Virus record (IMG/VR): IMGVR_UViG_3300044542_000221
Strand: one strand, 5' to 3'
DNA: 39,153 nucleotides
Source of the DNA: a virus
Shown here in pieces: positions 1-8,160 of the stretch. Numbering within the stretch: the first letter of the stretch is position 1; the number at the start of each line of letters is the position of its first letter. The translations under genes and the position numbers were made by a program. A model generated the notes under the pieces. It was not told where the DNA came from. It made no database searches and worked only from the letters and a program-made list of their open reading frames with translations.

Positions 1-127
1 CAGACATGATTGAAACCTTAGCGTCAGGCCAGTTGTTGCTGCCAAGCTATTTGACTTTCATTATTTCGACCGCTGGTTTTGATATGAACGTTCCAATGTT
101 CACTCAAAATTATCCTTATGCTAAAAA
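1..127. repeat. 127-bp terminal direct repeat, identical to 39027..39153; overlap of a circularly closed contig with unit length 39026 bp
   Basis: Bases 1-127 (cagacatgattgaaacc...cttatgctaaaaa) recur exactly as the last 127 bases. The repeat lies inside one continuous terL reading frame. Confidence 0.9.
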
Positions 128-1070
128 GGTTTTATCCGCAGAAGTTGAGGCTGAACGCTATTTCGCCTTCATTGCTGAGCAAGATAGCATTGAAGAAGTC
201 AAAAACAAGTCTACCTGGATTAAATCAAATCCATTGTTAGATGTTAATGCTTTAAAAGCTCAAATTACAGATTATTTATCAACTAAACTAAAGCAGGCAG
301 AAAATGATGGTTCAATCAATAGCAAATTGATCAAAAATTTCAATATTTGGCGACAGGCTGCTGAGGATAGCTATATGGATATTCAAAATTGGAACAGTGC
401 GGAAATTGATTCTATGAAAATTGATGGCCAGCGTATTTGGTTTGGAGTTGACGTTGGAAAAACATCAGATTTATTCGCAATTTCATGGATGATTCCTTGC
501 GAAGGGTACTGGTATGCTGACAGTTTTGCATTTGTGGGAACTAAATACGGCCTACAAGCAAAAATCAAAGCTGATCGACTTAATTATCCAGAATTAGAGC
601 GCAAAAATGAATGTGAAATAACCACATTAGAATCAGGAGTAATTGACACTGAACGTGTTTTTAACTGGCTTAATGATTTCGTTGAAAAACATCAGTTAGA
701 TGTTCAGGGGATCTGCTTTGACCCATACCAGTATGGGCCATTGCTAACTTTAATTGAAAAAAGGCATCCTGAATGGCAACAAATTGAAGTTAGACAAGGC
801 ACATTAACTTTATCAATGCCTACCAAGCAGTTCAGAGATGATGTTTTGGAGAAACGTATCAGACATCCGGAGAATCAAATCCTTACGTCGGCAGTTAATA
901 ACGCAGTGCTAAAAAGTGATAATAACGGCGTTAGAATTGATAAAAATAAATATGCAAATAAGATTGATGCTTTAGATGCACTGCTAGACGCATACGCAGT
1001 TTGTTTCAGAGAAAATATCGATGACTATTTAACTAGTGAAGACGTAATGAGTGATGACTTTGGATTCTAG
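1..1070 (+). CDS. terL: Terminase large subunit, C-terminal (nuclease) part; continuation of 38390..39026 across the circular junction
   Basis: The frame is continuous with 38390..39153 through the overlap, giving 568 aa combined. Track ORF 6..1070 is in the same frame, with stop TAG at 1068-1070. It sits directly upstream of portal. Confidence 0.9.
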   Translation, partial: DMIETLASGQLLLPSYLTFIISTAGFDMNVPMFTQNYPYAKKVLSAEVEAERYFAFIAEQDSIEEVKNKSTWIKSNPLLDVNALKAQITDYLSTKLKQAENDGSINSKLIKNFNIWRQAAEDSYMDIQNWNSAEIDSMKIDGQRIWFGVDVGKTSDLFAISWMIPCEGYWYADSFAFVGTKYGLQAKIKADRLNYPELERKNECEITTLESGVIDTERVFNWLNDFVEKHQLDVQGICFDPYQYGPLLTLIEKRHPEWQQIEVRQGTLTLSMPTKQFRDDVLEKRIRHPENQILTSAVNNAVLKSDNNGVRIDKNKYANKIDALDALLDAYAVCFRENIDDYLTSEDVMSDDFGF

Positions 1071-1081
1071 GAGGTGATGCA

Positions 1082-1258
1082 GTGAAAAAAGTATTTGAAT
1101 TTTACAAATTAAATGAACCACAGATTTTAATGATCTGTGGTTTTTTGATGCTTTCAATTGGAGCTTTTAAAACAAGCATAATTACAGGCTGGTTTGTAAC
1201 TGGCAGCTTGTTCATCATTTTGGCTCTGCTCTCTGCTTGGATGGCAGGAAGGGGGTGA
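1082..1258 (+). CDS. Small membrane protein (58 aa)
   Basis: GTG start lies 4 nt after GAGGTGA (1071-1077). There are two hydrophobic stretches (ILMICGFLMLSIGAF; GWFVTGSLFIILALLSAW). It fills the terL-portal gap and is below the ORF-track size cutoff. Confidence 0.45.
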   Translation: MKKVFEFYKLNEPQILMICGFLMLSIGAFKTSIITGWFVTGSLFIILALLSAWMAGRG

Positions 1259-1264
1259 AAATAA

Positions 1265-2587
1265 ATGCTATTTAGAACTAAGGAACCTGAAAAACGTGAT
1301 TGGGCGATGGACTTAATCAGTGATGGAGTAATTCCAGGCTATTCAACTGGTAGTTTTATAGGTATATCAGCTTTAAAAAACTCTGATGTGCTAACCGCTG
1401 TTTCAATCATTGCGTCAAACGTTGCTAGATTTCCTTTGCTGTTGCTTGATGAACAAACCGGGAAGCCCTTTGATAGTGGAGATTTAACATATCTGCTTAA
1501 CAAAAAGCCAAATGCAATGTTAGATGGTTACCATTGGAAATTTATCATGACGATTAATGCACTGTTAGCTAACGATGGTGTTTCACGAATTGTCAGGGAT
1601 CCAGTAACGCAGGAACCAGCTTTGATTCAATATTTTCCACCAAGCCAAGTCTATATTGACGATTCAGATATTAATAACATCAAATATGAATTTACACCAC
1701 TTGGAGCTAGTCAAACAATCGTTGAGCCAGCTCAAAATGTGATTCACTTTAAATTTTTTACGTATGACGGTATTCATGGACGCTCACCGCTTCTTAGCCT
1801 GGGAGATGAAATAAACTTACAAGAGTCGGGAATTCAAACCCTTTCTAAATTCTTCCAAAGTGGATTAAAAGGCGGCATTTTGAAGATGAGAGGCAAGCTG
1901 AATAAGCAAGCTAGAAAAAAAGCTCGTGAGGATTTTGAGTATGCTCAGCAGGGTGCGACAGGTGGTTCGCCAGTCGTTGTTGACGATACTATTGATTATC
2001 AAACGCTTGAAGTTGATACAAATATTTTGCAATTGATCAACTCAAACAACTATTCAACTTCCCAAATTGCCAAAGCTATGCATATTCCGGCTTACAAGTT
2101 GGGTGTTAATAGTCCTAATCAATCAGTAAAGCAGCTGAATGATGATTTTATTAAATCGGATTTGCCTTACTATTTTGAGCCAATTTCGTCTGAGATTGAA
2201 TTAAAGATGTTGAATGATCAGCAAAGACATCAGTTTAAAGTTCAATTTGATACCAGAAAAGAAACCGGTATATCTGTTGCGGATGCCAAAAATGCTGTTG
2301 ATGGTTCGTTGCTTGATCCAAATGAAGCACGATTCGAAATGGGAGTTAATAAGCGCGATGATCCTAATATGGATCGAATGCAATCTAATTTGAATAATGT
2401 TTATCTCGATATGAAAGAAGCCTATCAAAATCCTAATAAGCCTGACAATACGGTCAAAACAATAAATGAGCGTCGTAAAGCTCAAGGTCAAGAGCCGATT
2501 GAAGGTGGAGATGCAATTTATATGTCATCTGGTGATATTCCGGCAATAGATGTAAACGATACTGGTGGTGATTCTGATGGTTCTTAA
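1265..2587 (+). CDS. Portal protein, HK97 family
   Basis: 440 aa directly after terL. The N-terminal pattern SALKNSDVLTAVSIIASNVARFPL is typical of Phage_portal proteins. Synteny is terL-portal-protease-capsid. Confidence 0.9.
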   Translation: MLFRTKEPEKRDWAMDLISDGVIPGYSTGSFIGISALKNSDVLTAVSIIASNVARFPLLLLDEQTGKPFDSGDLTYLLNKKPNAMLDGYHWKFIMTINALLANDGVSRIVRDPVTQEPALIQYFPPSQVYIDDSDINNIKYEFTPLGASQTIVEPAQNVIHFKFFTYDGIHGRSPLLSLGDEINLQESGIQTLSKFFQSGLKGGILKMRGKLNKQARKKAREDFEYAQQGATGGSPVVVDDTIDYQTLEVDTNILQLINSNNYSTSQIAKAMHIPAYKLGVNSPNQSVKQLNDDFIKSDLPYYFEPISSEIELKMLNDQQRHQFKVQFDTRKETGISVADAKNAVDGSLLDPNEARFEMGVNKRDDPNMDRMQSNLNNVYLDMKEAYQNPNKPDNTVKTINERRKAQGQEPIEGGDAIYMSSGDIPAIDVNDTGGDSDGS

Positions 2588-3338
2588 ACCTTTATATGGT
2601 TCTATGAATTCGACACTTGCTAAAACGATAGCCATGAATAATCCTAACTATTCAAAAATAGTTGAACCATTTGGAGACGCTGGTTCCTATGCTTTATATC
2701 CACAGAAGAAACCGGCAAAACAACATATCGTAAATATTCAAGATGAAGAAATGCTTGCGATTATGCAATTTGCACAGTCATACAGCAATTCTGATTTTTC
2801 AACTCTAAAAAATGAAAATTGGAATAGTGATGAAGAAACTTTTAATCAGGTTCAAACAATTAGTGATTTAGATGGTGAAAAATTAGTATATAAGCATTTG
2901 TACAATAAGTGGTATGGGATGAGCATGACCGATTCCGATGAGGTCAGTTGGAATATGCTAACACTCAACCAAAATAACAAGAATAAGTTGTTTGCATTTT
3001 CATTGATGAAAGCACTTCTAAAACCGGTGGAGTTTCAAAATGTCGATCCGCTGAGCTTAATCCCAAGTGATGGGTTCATGATCTTAATTCCTGATAGTCA
3101 AAATATAGATAGTGTTAAAAGCAAGCTGACTAGTATATCTGGCCAGTTTTTCTTTGCAGGCAAAATTTCAGACGGATCACAAGCAATTCAGGATGCTCAA
3201 ACTATGAGTAACCTAAATGTACACGGCCAAGAGGTGGCTTCGATAATGATGAACAGCTACTCAATGATAACTAATTATGATTCAAGATTATCTAAAATTG
3301 ATCCGGCAAATTATTCAATGAAAGGAGGTGGTATGTAA
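2577..3338 (+). CDS. Dam-like (D12 N6-adenine methyltransferase-like) protein with degenerate motifs, function unknown
   Basis: ATG 2577 lies behind GGTGGTG; the track start GTG 2565 is also possible. N-terminus LKPLYGSM..P.YSKIVEPFGDAGSYAL..HIVNIQDEEML resembles Dam LKWAGGK..VEPFVGAGS..ILADINSDLI. No DPPY-type motif was found. Confidence 0.6.
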   Translation: MVLKPLYGSMNSTLAKTIAMNNPNYSKIVEPFGDAGSYALYPQKKPAKQHIVNIQDEEMLAIMQFAQSYSNSDFSTLKNENWNSDEETFNQVQTISDLDGEKLVYKHLYNKWYGMSMTDSDEVSWNMLTLNQNNKNKLFAFSLMKALLKPVEFQNVDPLSLIPSDGFMILIPDSQNIDSVKSKLTSISGQFFFAGKISDGSQAIQDAQTMSNLNVHGQEVASIMMNSYSMITNYDSRLSKIDPANYSMKGGGM

Positions 3339-3983
3339 ATGACAGTTGATTTAGAAAAACGCCAAGTATCGACAAAAATCAGTTTGAGAACAACAGATGA
3401 TCAAGAAGGTACGCCACAGTTGATTGAAGGCTATGCTTTAAAGTTTAATCGACAATCTGATGTTCTTGGAGGCGGATGGGGACCAACTTTTCGCGAAACA
3501 ATTGATCCACATGCGCTAGACAATACTGACATGTCAAATGTAGTCGCAACTTTTAATCATGATGAAAGCAAAGTCTTAGGCCGTACAGGAGTCAACTTAC
3601 AGCTTTCGGTTGATAATATTGGGCTTAAATTTCAAGTGCAGCCTCCAGATACACAATTGGCACGTGACTTAATGACAAATATTACAGCTGGTATTATTAA
3701 TCAGTGCAGTTTTGCGTTCACAATACCTGATGAAGCTACTGCACAAGATTGGGAAGAATCAGGTGAAAATAATGTTGACTACACTCGAAAGATTAACCAG
3801 ATCGATCATCTCTATGATGTATCTGTAGTGACTACACCAGCTTATCCTGATACAGAAGCAGTTGTTGGCCAACGGAGCAAAAAACTAGTTGAAAACTTAA
3901 TCAAGCAGAAGGATTCATGGAGACAAGAGCGAAAAAAGATGTTATTAGAACTAAAAAAACAAGAAATTTTAGATCAGATTTAA
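3339..3983 (+). CDS. Prohead (capsid maturation) serine protease, HK97/S78 family
   Basis: It carries the motifs ATFNHD (His) and QCSFAF (Ser). Its position between portal and capsid fits. ATG abuts the preceding stop. Confidence 0.9.
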   Translation: MTVDLEKRQVSTKISLRTTDDQEGTPQLIEGYALKFNRQSDVLGGGWGPTFRETIDPHALDNTDMSNVVATFNHDESKVLGRTGVNLQLSVDNIGLKFQVQPPDTQLARDLMTNITAGIINQCSFAFTIPDEATAQDWEESGENNVDYTRKINQIDHLYDVSVVTTPAYPDTEAVVGQRSKKLVENLIKQKDSWRQERKKMLLELKKQEILDQI

Positions 3984-4025
3984 AAATTTAGTCTTTTTTA
4001 ATACAAGAAATTAGGAGGGTCACAT

Positions 4026-5225
4026 ATGACTTTAGATGAAAAAATCAAGGCTTTAAAAGCCGATATTAAAGCTCAACGAGATAAACTGAGTGCAGATCAA
4101 GTTTCGCTTCGTAACTTAGTTGAAAAAGCAGAATCTGATGAAGATTTAGCTAAGGCAAAAGATGCAAGGGGTAAGGTTAATGACCTTAAAGAGGAAATTC
4201 GAAAAAATGAAGATAACCTTAAACTCTATCAGGAAGCTCTGGAAGGCGACGGCCAAAAAAAACCAGTAGCAGGTCGAAATAATAGTGATCCAGCAAAAAA
4301 TGATCGTCGCAAAGCTATCATTGAATACATCCGTTCGAAAGGTACAAAGCGTGACGGCTTGAAATTTGAAAAAACTGATGAAGGCACATTTGTGGTGATC
4401 AACAAACGTGATATTACACCAACAACTGATGGTGTATCATCAACAGATGTTGCTAAAACAATTCCCGACGCTATTTCTTATAACCCGCAGCGTGAAATTC
4501 AAACAGTTATTGATTTAAAACCATTTACTAATGTATTTCAAGCAACAACTAAGAAGGGAAGTTATCCAACTGTTGCTAATGCGACAACAAAAATGGCAAC
4601 TGTTGCAGAATTAGCAGCTAATCCAGCAATGGCAAAACCTGATTTTAACGAAGTTGACTGGTCAGTAGATACTTATCGCCAAGCATTGCCAATTTCACAG
4701 GAATCACTCGATGATTCAGAAATCGACTTAATGGATTTGCTCTCAACAAATGCAGATCAAATCAAACTTAATACTACCAATGATACAATTTCATCGATTT
4801 TGAAGACATTTACTGCTCAGACAGTAGCTTCTTTGGACGATTTGAAATTGGTTAACAATACCAAGTTAGATCCTGCATATGCTCGTACTTTAGTAGTTAC
4901 ACAATCATTTTATCAATGGTTAGATACTTTGAAGGATAACAATGGCCGCTATTTACTGCAAGATTCAATCATTTCTCCAAGCGGTAAAGTTGTTTTTGGT
5001 ATTCCTGTGGTAGTTGTTTCTGATGTGACTTTAGGTGCTACTGGAGAAGCTCATGCCTTCTTAGGCGACATCAAACGTGCTGTTCTGTTTGCAAATCGTG
5101 CAGATTTCATGATTCGTTGGGTTGACGATAATATTTACGGTCAATATTTGCAAGCTGGTATGCGCTTTGGCGTTGCTAAAGCAGACGCTAAAGCTGGTTA
5201 CTTCTTAACTTACTCAAAATCCTAA
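4026..5225 (+). CDS. Major capsid protein, HK97 fold, with N-terminal coiled-coil delta/scaffold domain
   Basis: 399 aa with RBS AGGAGGG upstream. A charged helical N-terminus (about 100 aa) is followed by a capsid-like domain. Synteny supports the call. Confidence 0.92.
   Translation: MTLDEKIKALKADIKAQRDKLSADQVSLRNLVEKAESDEDLAKAKDARGKVNDLKEEIRKNEDNLKLYQEALEGDGQKKPVAGRNNSDPAKNDRRKAIIEYIRSKGTKRDGLKFEKTDEGTFVVINKRDITPTTDGVSSTDVAKTIPDAISYNPQREIQTVIDLKPFTNVFQATTKKGSYPTVANATTKMATVAELAANPAMAKPDFNEVDWSVDTYRQALPISQESLDDSEIDLMDLLSTNADQIKLNTTNDTISSILKTFTAQTVASLDDLKLVNNTKLDPAYARTLVVTQSFYQWLDTLKDNNGRYLLQDSIISPSGKVVFGIPVVVVSDVTLGATGEAHAFLGDIKRAVLFANRADFMIRWVDDNIYGQYLQAGMRFGVAKADAKAGYFLTYSKS
5214..5220 (+). 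promoter_or_regulatory. Candidate -1 frameshift site UCA_AAA_U, two codons before the capsid stop
   Basis: Lys codon AAA (5217-5219) can re-pair on AAA (5216-5218). The -1 frame is open from 5192 to 5485 and encodes an Ig-like domain that begins upstream of the ATG at 5258. Confidence 0.45.
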
Positions 5226-5257
5226 CGCCTGACGGTATCACATTAAGTCAAAAGACA

Positions 5258-5485
5258 ATGAGCGGTACCACTGGCGCTGCTAAGTCAGTGACCGCAATTT
5301 TGACACCTGATGGCGCTTTGGGAGATGTAACAGCAACATCTAGTGATACATCAATTGCTACTGTTGCTAAAAACAGTGATGACAGTTTTACAGTTAACTT
5401 AGTTGCAGCCGGTTCAGCAACGATTACTTTCTCTGTTGGAAACGTAACAAACACATTAGCTGTTACTGTTAGTGCTGCTAGTTAG
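5258..5485 (+). CDS. Big_2-type Ig-like domain ORF, probably expressed as a -1 frameshift C-terminal extension of the major capsid protein
   Basis: The protein reads ...AKSVTAILTPDGALGDVTATSSDTSIATVAKNSDDSFTVNLVAAGSATITFSV, matching the Big_2 pattern. No RBS precedes ATG 5258, and the frame is -1 relative to the capsid gene. Confidence 0.7.
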   Translation: MSGTTGAAKSVTAILTPDGALGDVTATSSDTSIATVAKNSDDSFTVNLVAAGSATITFSVGNVTNTLAVTVSAAS

Positions 5486-5496
5486 GGGGAATATAA

Positions 5497-5817
5497 ATGT
5501 CCCTTTTGACAGATGACCAGTTTGCAACCTTAAAGCTTTACTGCAAAATTGATCAGGATTTTGATGATGATGTTTTAAAAAACCTAGTCGATTCAACGGG
5601 ATTAGAAATTGCAAGAGCAATTCAAGCAAGCTCGACTCCAGAAACTTTCGTCAACGATCCTCGGTTTTTAATTGCATTGATGAAACAAGTCAAAGAAGAT
5701 TATTACCAGCGTGGGTTAACGTCTGACAGTAGCTATCGAGCTGAACTTGCAAATGGCGTTGAAGATATTGTTAATCAATTGCGTGCAGAATTGAGTGATA
5801 ACGATGAAGTTAACTAA
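5497..5817 (+). CDS. Head-tail connector protein (gp6-like)
   Basis: 106 aa with RBS GGGGGA. N-terminus LTDDQFATLKLYCKIDQDFDDDVLKNL is typical of gp6-like connector proteins. Position after the capsid fits. Confidence 0.8.
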   Translation: MSLLTDDQFATLKLYCKIDQDFDDDVLKNLVDSTGLEIARAIQASSTPETFVNDPRFLIALMKQVKEDYYQRGLTSDSSYRAELANGVEDIVNQLRAELSDNDEVN

Positions 5818-6136
5818 TATGACTGAAAGGATTACTTTTTTTAGTCTAAAGCCGGGTGTAACAAATGGAGTCCCAACTAATAATGTTAAGAATGATGAAT
5901 TTACCTGCTGGGCAGAAGTTGCTAAGCTACCATACCGTGAATTTGTCAATAACTCAACAGAGGTTGGCTATCGGAAAGAAACGCCTGTTTTTATCATATC
6001 TTTTAAGCAGAAAAAAGAGATTCAAACAAATTGGCGAATACGTTGGAGAAATCAGGAATACGAAATCATTTCGATGGATCCAGACTATAAAACAAAGGAT
6101 ACGAATCAGATCGCTGGGAGAGTGATACATTCATGA
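5795..6136 (+). CDS. Head closure / head-tail joining protein (Phage_H_T_join-like)
   Basis: It shows the pattern CWAEV...REF...ETPVFIISF..I...WRIRW.NQEYEI. The start is ambiguous (GTG 5795, ATG 5804 or ATG 5819). Confidence 0.75.
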   Translation: MITMKLTNMTERITFFSLKPGVTNGVPTNNVKNDEFTCWAEVAKLPYREFVNNSTEVGYRKETPVFIISFKQKKEIQTNWRIRWRNQEYEIISMDPDYKTKDTNQIAGRVIHS

Positions 6137-6507
6137 GCGTTGAAGGAGAAGCTCAAATGCTATTATCTGTCACTCAGCTAACTGAGGGCTACGACAAACG
6201 GGCCCGCAAAGCAGTTCGAAGTGGTGGCCAAATGTTTGCTGAAAAGCTTAAGTCAGATACGCCCGTTTCAGATGAAGATCATAGCGGATTAGGACCGTTG
6301 GCTAATCATGTTAAGGTTGGCAGTGTTTCAATTAAAACGGGCGATTATTCAGTTGCTGTAGGATATGATAGCTCCAAGGGGCGTATTGCTCATTTTCCTA
6401 ACAGTGGAACATCTAAACAGTCACCACAGCATTTTATTGAAAAAACTCAAAGTGAGATGCGAGAGCCTGTTCTTGCAGAGTTTATTAAAGATTTGAAGGT
6501 GAACTAA
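6133..6507 (+). CDS. Tail component, HK97 gp10 family
   Basis: The C-terminal pattern GRIAHFPNSGTSKQSPQHFIEKT matches the family. ATGA overlap with the upstream gene. Confidence 0.8.
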   Translation: MSVEGEAQMLLSVTQLTEGYDKRARKAVRSGGQMFAEKLKSDTPVSDEDHSGLGPLANHVKVGSVSIKTGDYSVAVGYDSSKGRIAHFPNSGTSKQSPQHFIEKTQSEMREPVLAEFIKDLKVN

Positions 6508-6911
6508 TGTCTTTACCTGAAAGCATTATCTATGATTTATTGGCGAATAACCAACAAATTGTAGATTTGTTAAATGATATAAGAGGAGAACCGACTGATT
6601 TTCCTTATATTTTTATAGGGCAACCAAATGATACATTTACAACATCAGACAATGCTCCTTGGATTAGAATTACTTTAATACCTGACGATACAGCAGTGTA
6701 TGCTGACGATGAACGAGTTATGCAGGAATATCGCGTCCAAGTGGATTTTTGGATCAATAGGACGGATTTGCCTAATTTAGAAAAATTAGAGAATTTGATT
6801 TATGAAGCCCTTCATGCTAATGGGGTTGAAAGATACTATCGGAATCATGAACCAGACGCAGATATCGAAACATTAGAAATGGTTCAAGGAAATTTTGAAG
6901 GCTTTGTTTAA
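6507..6911 (+). CDS. Tail completion / tail terminator-like protein (gp17-like)
   Basis: 134 aa with TAATG junction to the upstream gene. It lies immediately upstream of the major tail protein. Assignment rests on the general sequence pattern only. Confidence 0.6.
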   Translation: MSLPESIIYDLLANNQQIVDLLNDIRGEPTDFPYIFIGQPNDTFTTSDNAPWIRITLIPDDTAVYADDERVMQEYRVQVDFWINRTDLPNLEKLENLIYEALHANGVERYYRNHEPDADIETLEMVQGNFEGFV

Positions 6912-6948
6912 AGCCTATTTTTATGCGAAAAATCAAGGAGGAAACAAA

Positions 6949-7545
6949 ATGGGATTAGTAAAATTTGGTGCTAGTAATTTTGAGTATGGTGTTGTTGATG
7001 ACACCACAAGTTTAGTTACTACGTCACGAAAAGTTCCAGGACTTTCAAGTGTGAAAGTTGATTTAACAAATGATTTAAAAAAGATAGCTGCTGATGATGG
7101 CCCTTATGCAGTTTTATCAGGTGGAATCACTGAAGCAAAAGAAACGATTGAGTTATACGACGTTGATTCTCAGATGAAACAAGATTTATTCGGCATCCAG
7201 GTGGTGAAAGGCGTTGAAGTTTATCCTAAGAATATGATAGCAGCTAATGTTGCTACTTTATTTAAGACAAAATTATCAAACGGTAAAAACTGCTGGGTAG
7301 CCTTACTAAAAGGAATGTTTTCTTTACCAAGCGTTGATGTTAAGACGGTTGATGGCACCCCTGATCCAAATGCTGATTCAATTGAAGGAGAATTCATGCC
7401 TCGTGGAGATCAAGAAAATGTTGTGTTAATTGGTCGAGAAGATAATGCTGGTTTTGATTTAACACAATTTAGAAAATGGGTATTTCCAACTACAGCGGCT
7501 GATTTAGTGATTAGCGCAACAACTACAGGAACATCGGGCTCATAA
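6949..7545 (+). CDS. Major tail protein
   Basis: ATG 6949 lies behind AAGGAGGAAA, preferred over track start 6895. 198 aa, positioned before the chaperone/TMP genes. Size is typical of phi13/TP901-type tail tube proteins. Confidence 0.85.
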   Translation: MGLVKFGASNFEYGVVDDTTSLVTTSRKVPGLSSVKVDLTNDLKKIAADDGPYAVLSGGITEAKETIELYDVDSQMKQDLFGIQVVKGVEVYPKNMIAANVATLFKTKLSNGKNCWVALLKGMFSLPSVDVKTVDGTPDPNADSIEGEFMPRGDQENVVLIGREDNAGFDLTQFRKWVFPTTAADLVISATTTGTSGS

Positions 7546-7643
7546 GACCAGTTCTAGTGCTTAGTTCGTTTTAAGTTAATAGAGTCGCCTATGAAATACA
7601 CAATAAACGCGCATGTGTTGGCGGCCAATATTAGGAGGAAAAC

Positions 7644-7991
7644 ATGGCTTACGAAATAGAATTAGATGTTGGTGGAGAAAAGAAAAAATTTGTTCGAAAT
7701 GAACCACCGATGTTACGAGAAATGACAAAAGCTTTGATAGTTCAGCAACAACAATTAAAAATGTATTCAAAAGACGATGGACCAACTGAAGATGATTTTA
7801 ATAAAAACGAAAAAAACTTAGCAAATTTTGCAGTTTCTTTTTGGAAGAACCAATTTAAGGCCGATCAGTTTATTGCAGGGTGTGACAAAAACAACATGGA
7901 CATTTTGAATTCAGCCATTGCTGATTCTTTAGGCGGAGGAAATGAAGATAGCCCAAAAAAATCACAGTCCAAGACATCGACAAAGCAATAG
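7644..7991 (+). CDS. Tail assembly chaperone (gpG analogue)
   Basis: 115 aa with RBS AGGAGGAAAA, immediately upstream of the tape measure gene. It contains a slippery heptamer near its 3' end. Confidence 0.8.
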   Translation: MAYEIELDVGGEKKKFVRNEPPMLREMTKALIVQQQQLKMYSKDDGPTEDDFNKNEKNLANFAVSFWKNQFKADQFIAGCDKNNMDILNSAIADSLGGGNEDSPKKSQSKTSTKQ

Positions 7992-8143
7992 ATGCGATTA
8001 ATGAATTTTATAAAGCCCGGATGCAAGAGGGCTATAAATTGCAAGAAGTTGATGAGCTTACTAGTGATGATTTAGATCATCTAATTAGTATCTACCAGGA
8101 AAAAGAAAAAACAATCGACCAAGCATTTCCTTGGCTATTTTAA
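7644..8143 (+). CDS. Tail assembly chaperone frameshift product (gpGT analogue)
   Basis: After a shift at 7955-7961 the -1 frame reads PKKITVQDIDKAIDAINEFYKARMQEGYKLQEVDELTSDDLDHLISIYQEKEKTIDQAFPWLF*. This is the conserved G/GT arrangement of long-tailed phages. Confidence 0.65.
7955..7961 (+). promoter_or_regulatory. Programmed -1 frameshift heptamer A_AAA_AAA
   Basis: Zero-frame reading is cc[A AAA AAA]tca. The -1 frame stays open to TAA at 8141-8143, just before the TMP RBS. Confidence 0.7.
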
Positions 8144-8160
8144 ATGAAAGGAGGATCTAA

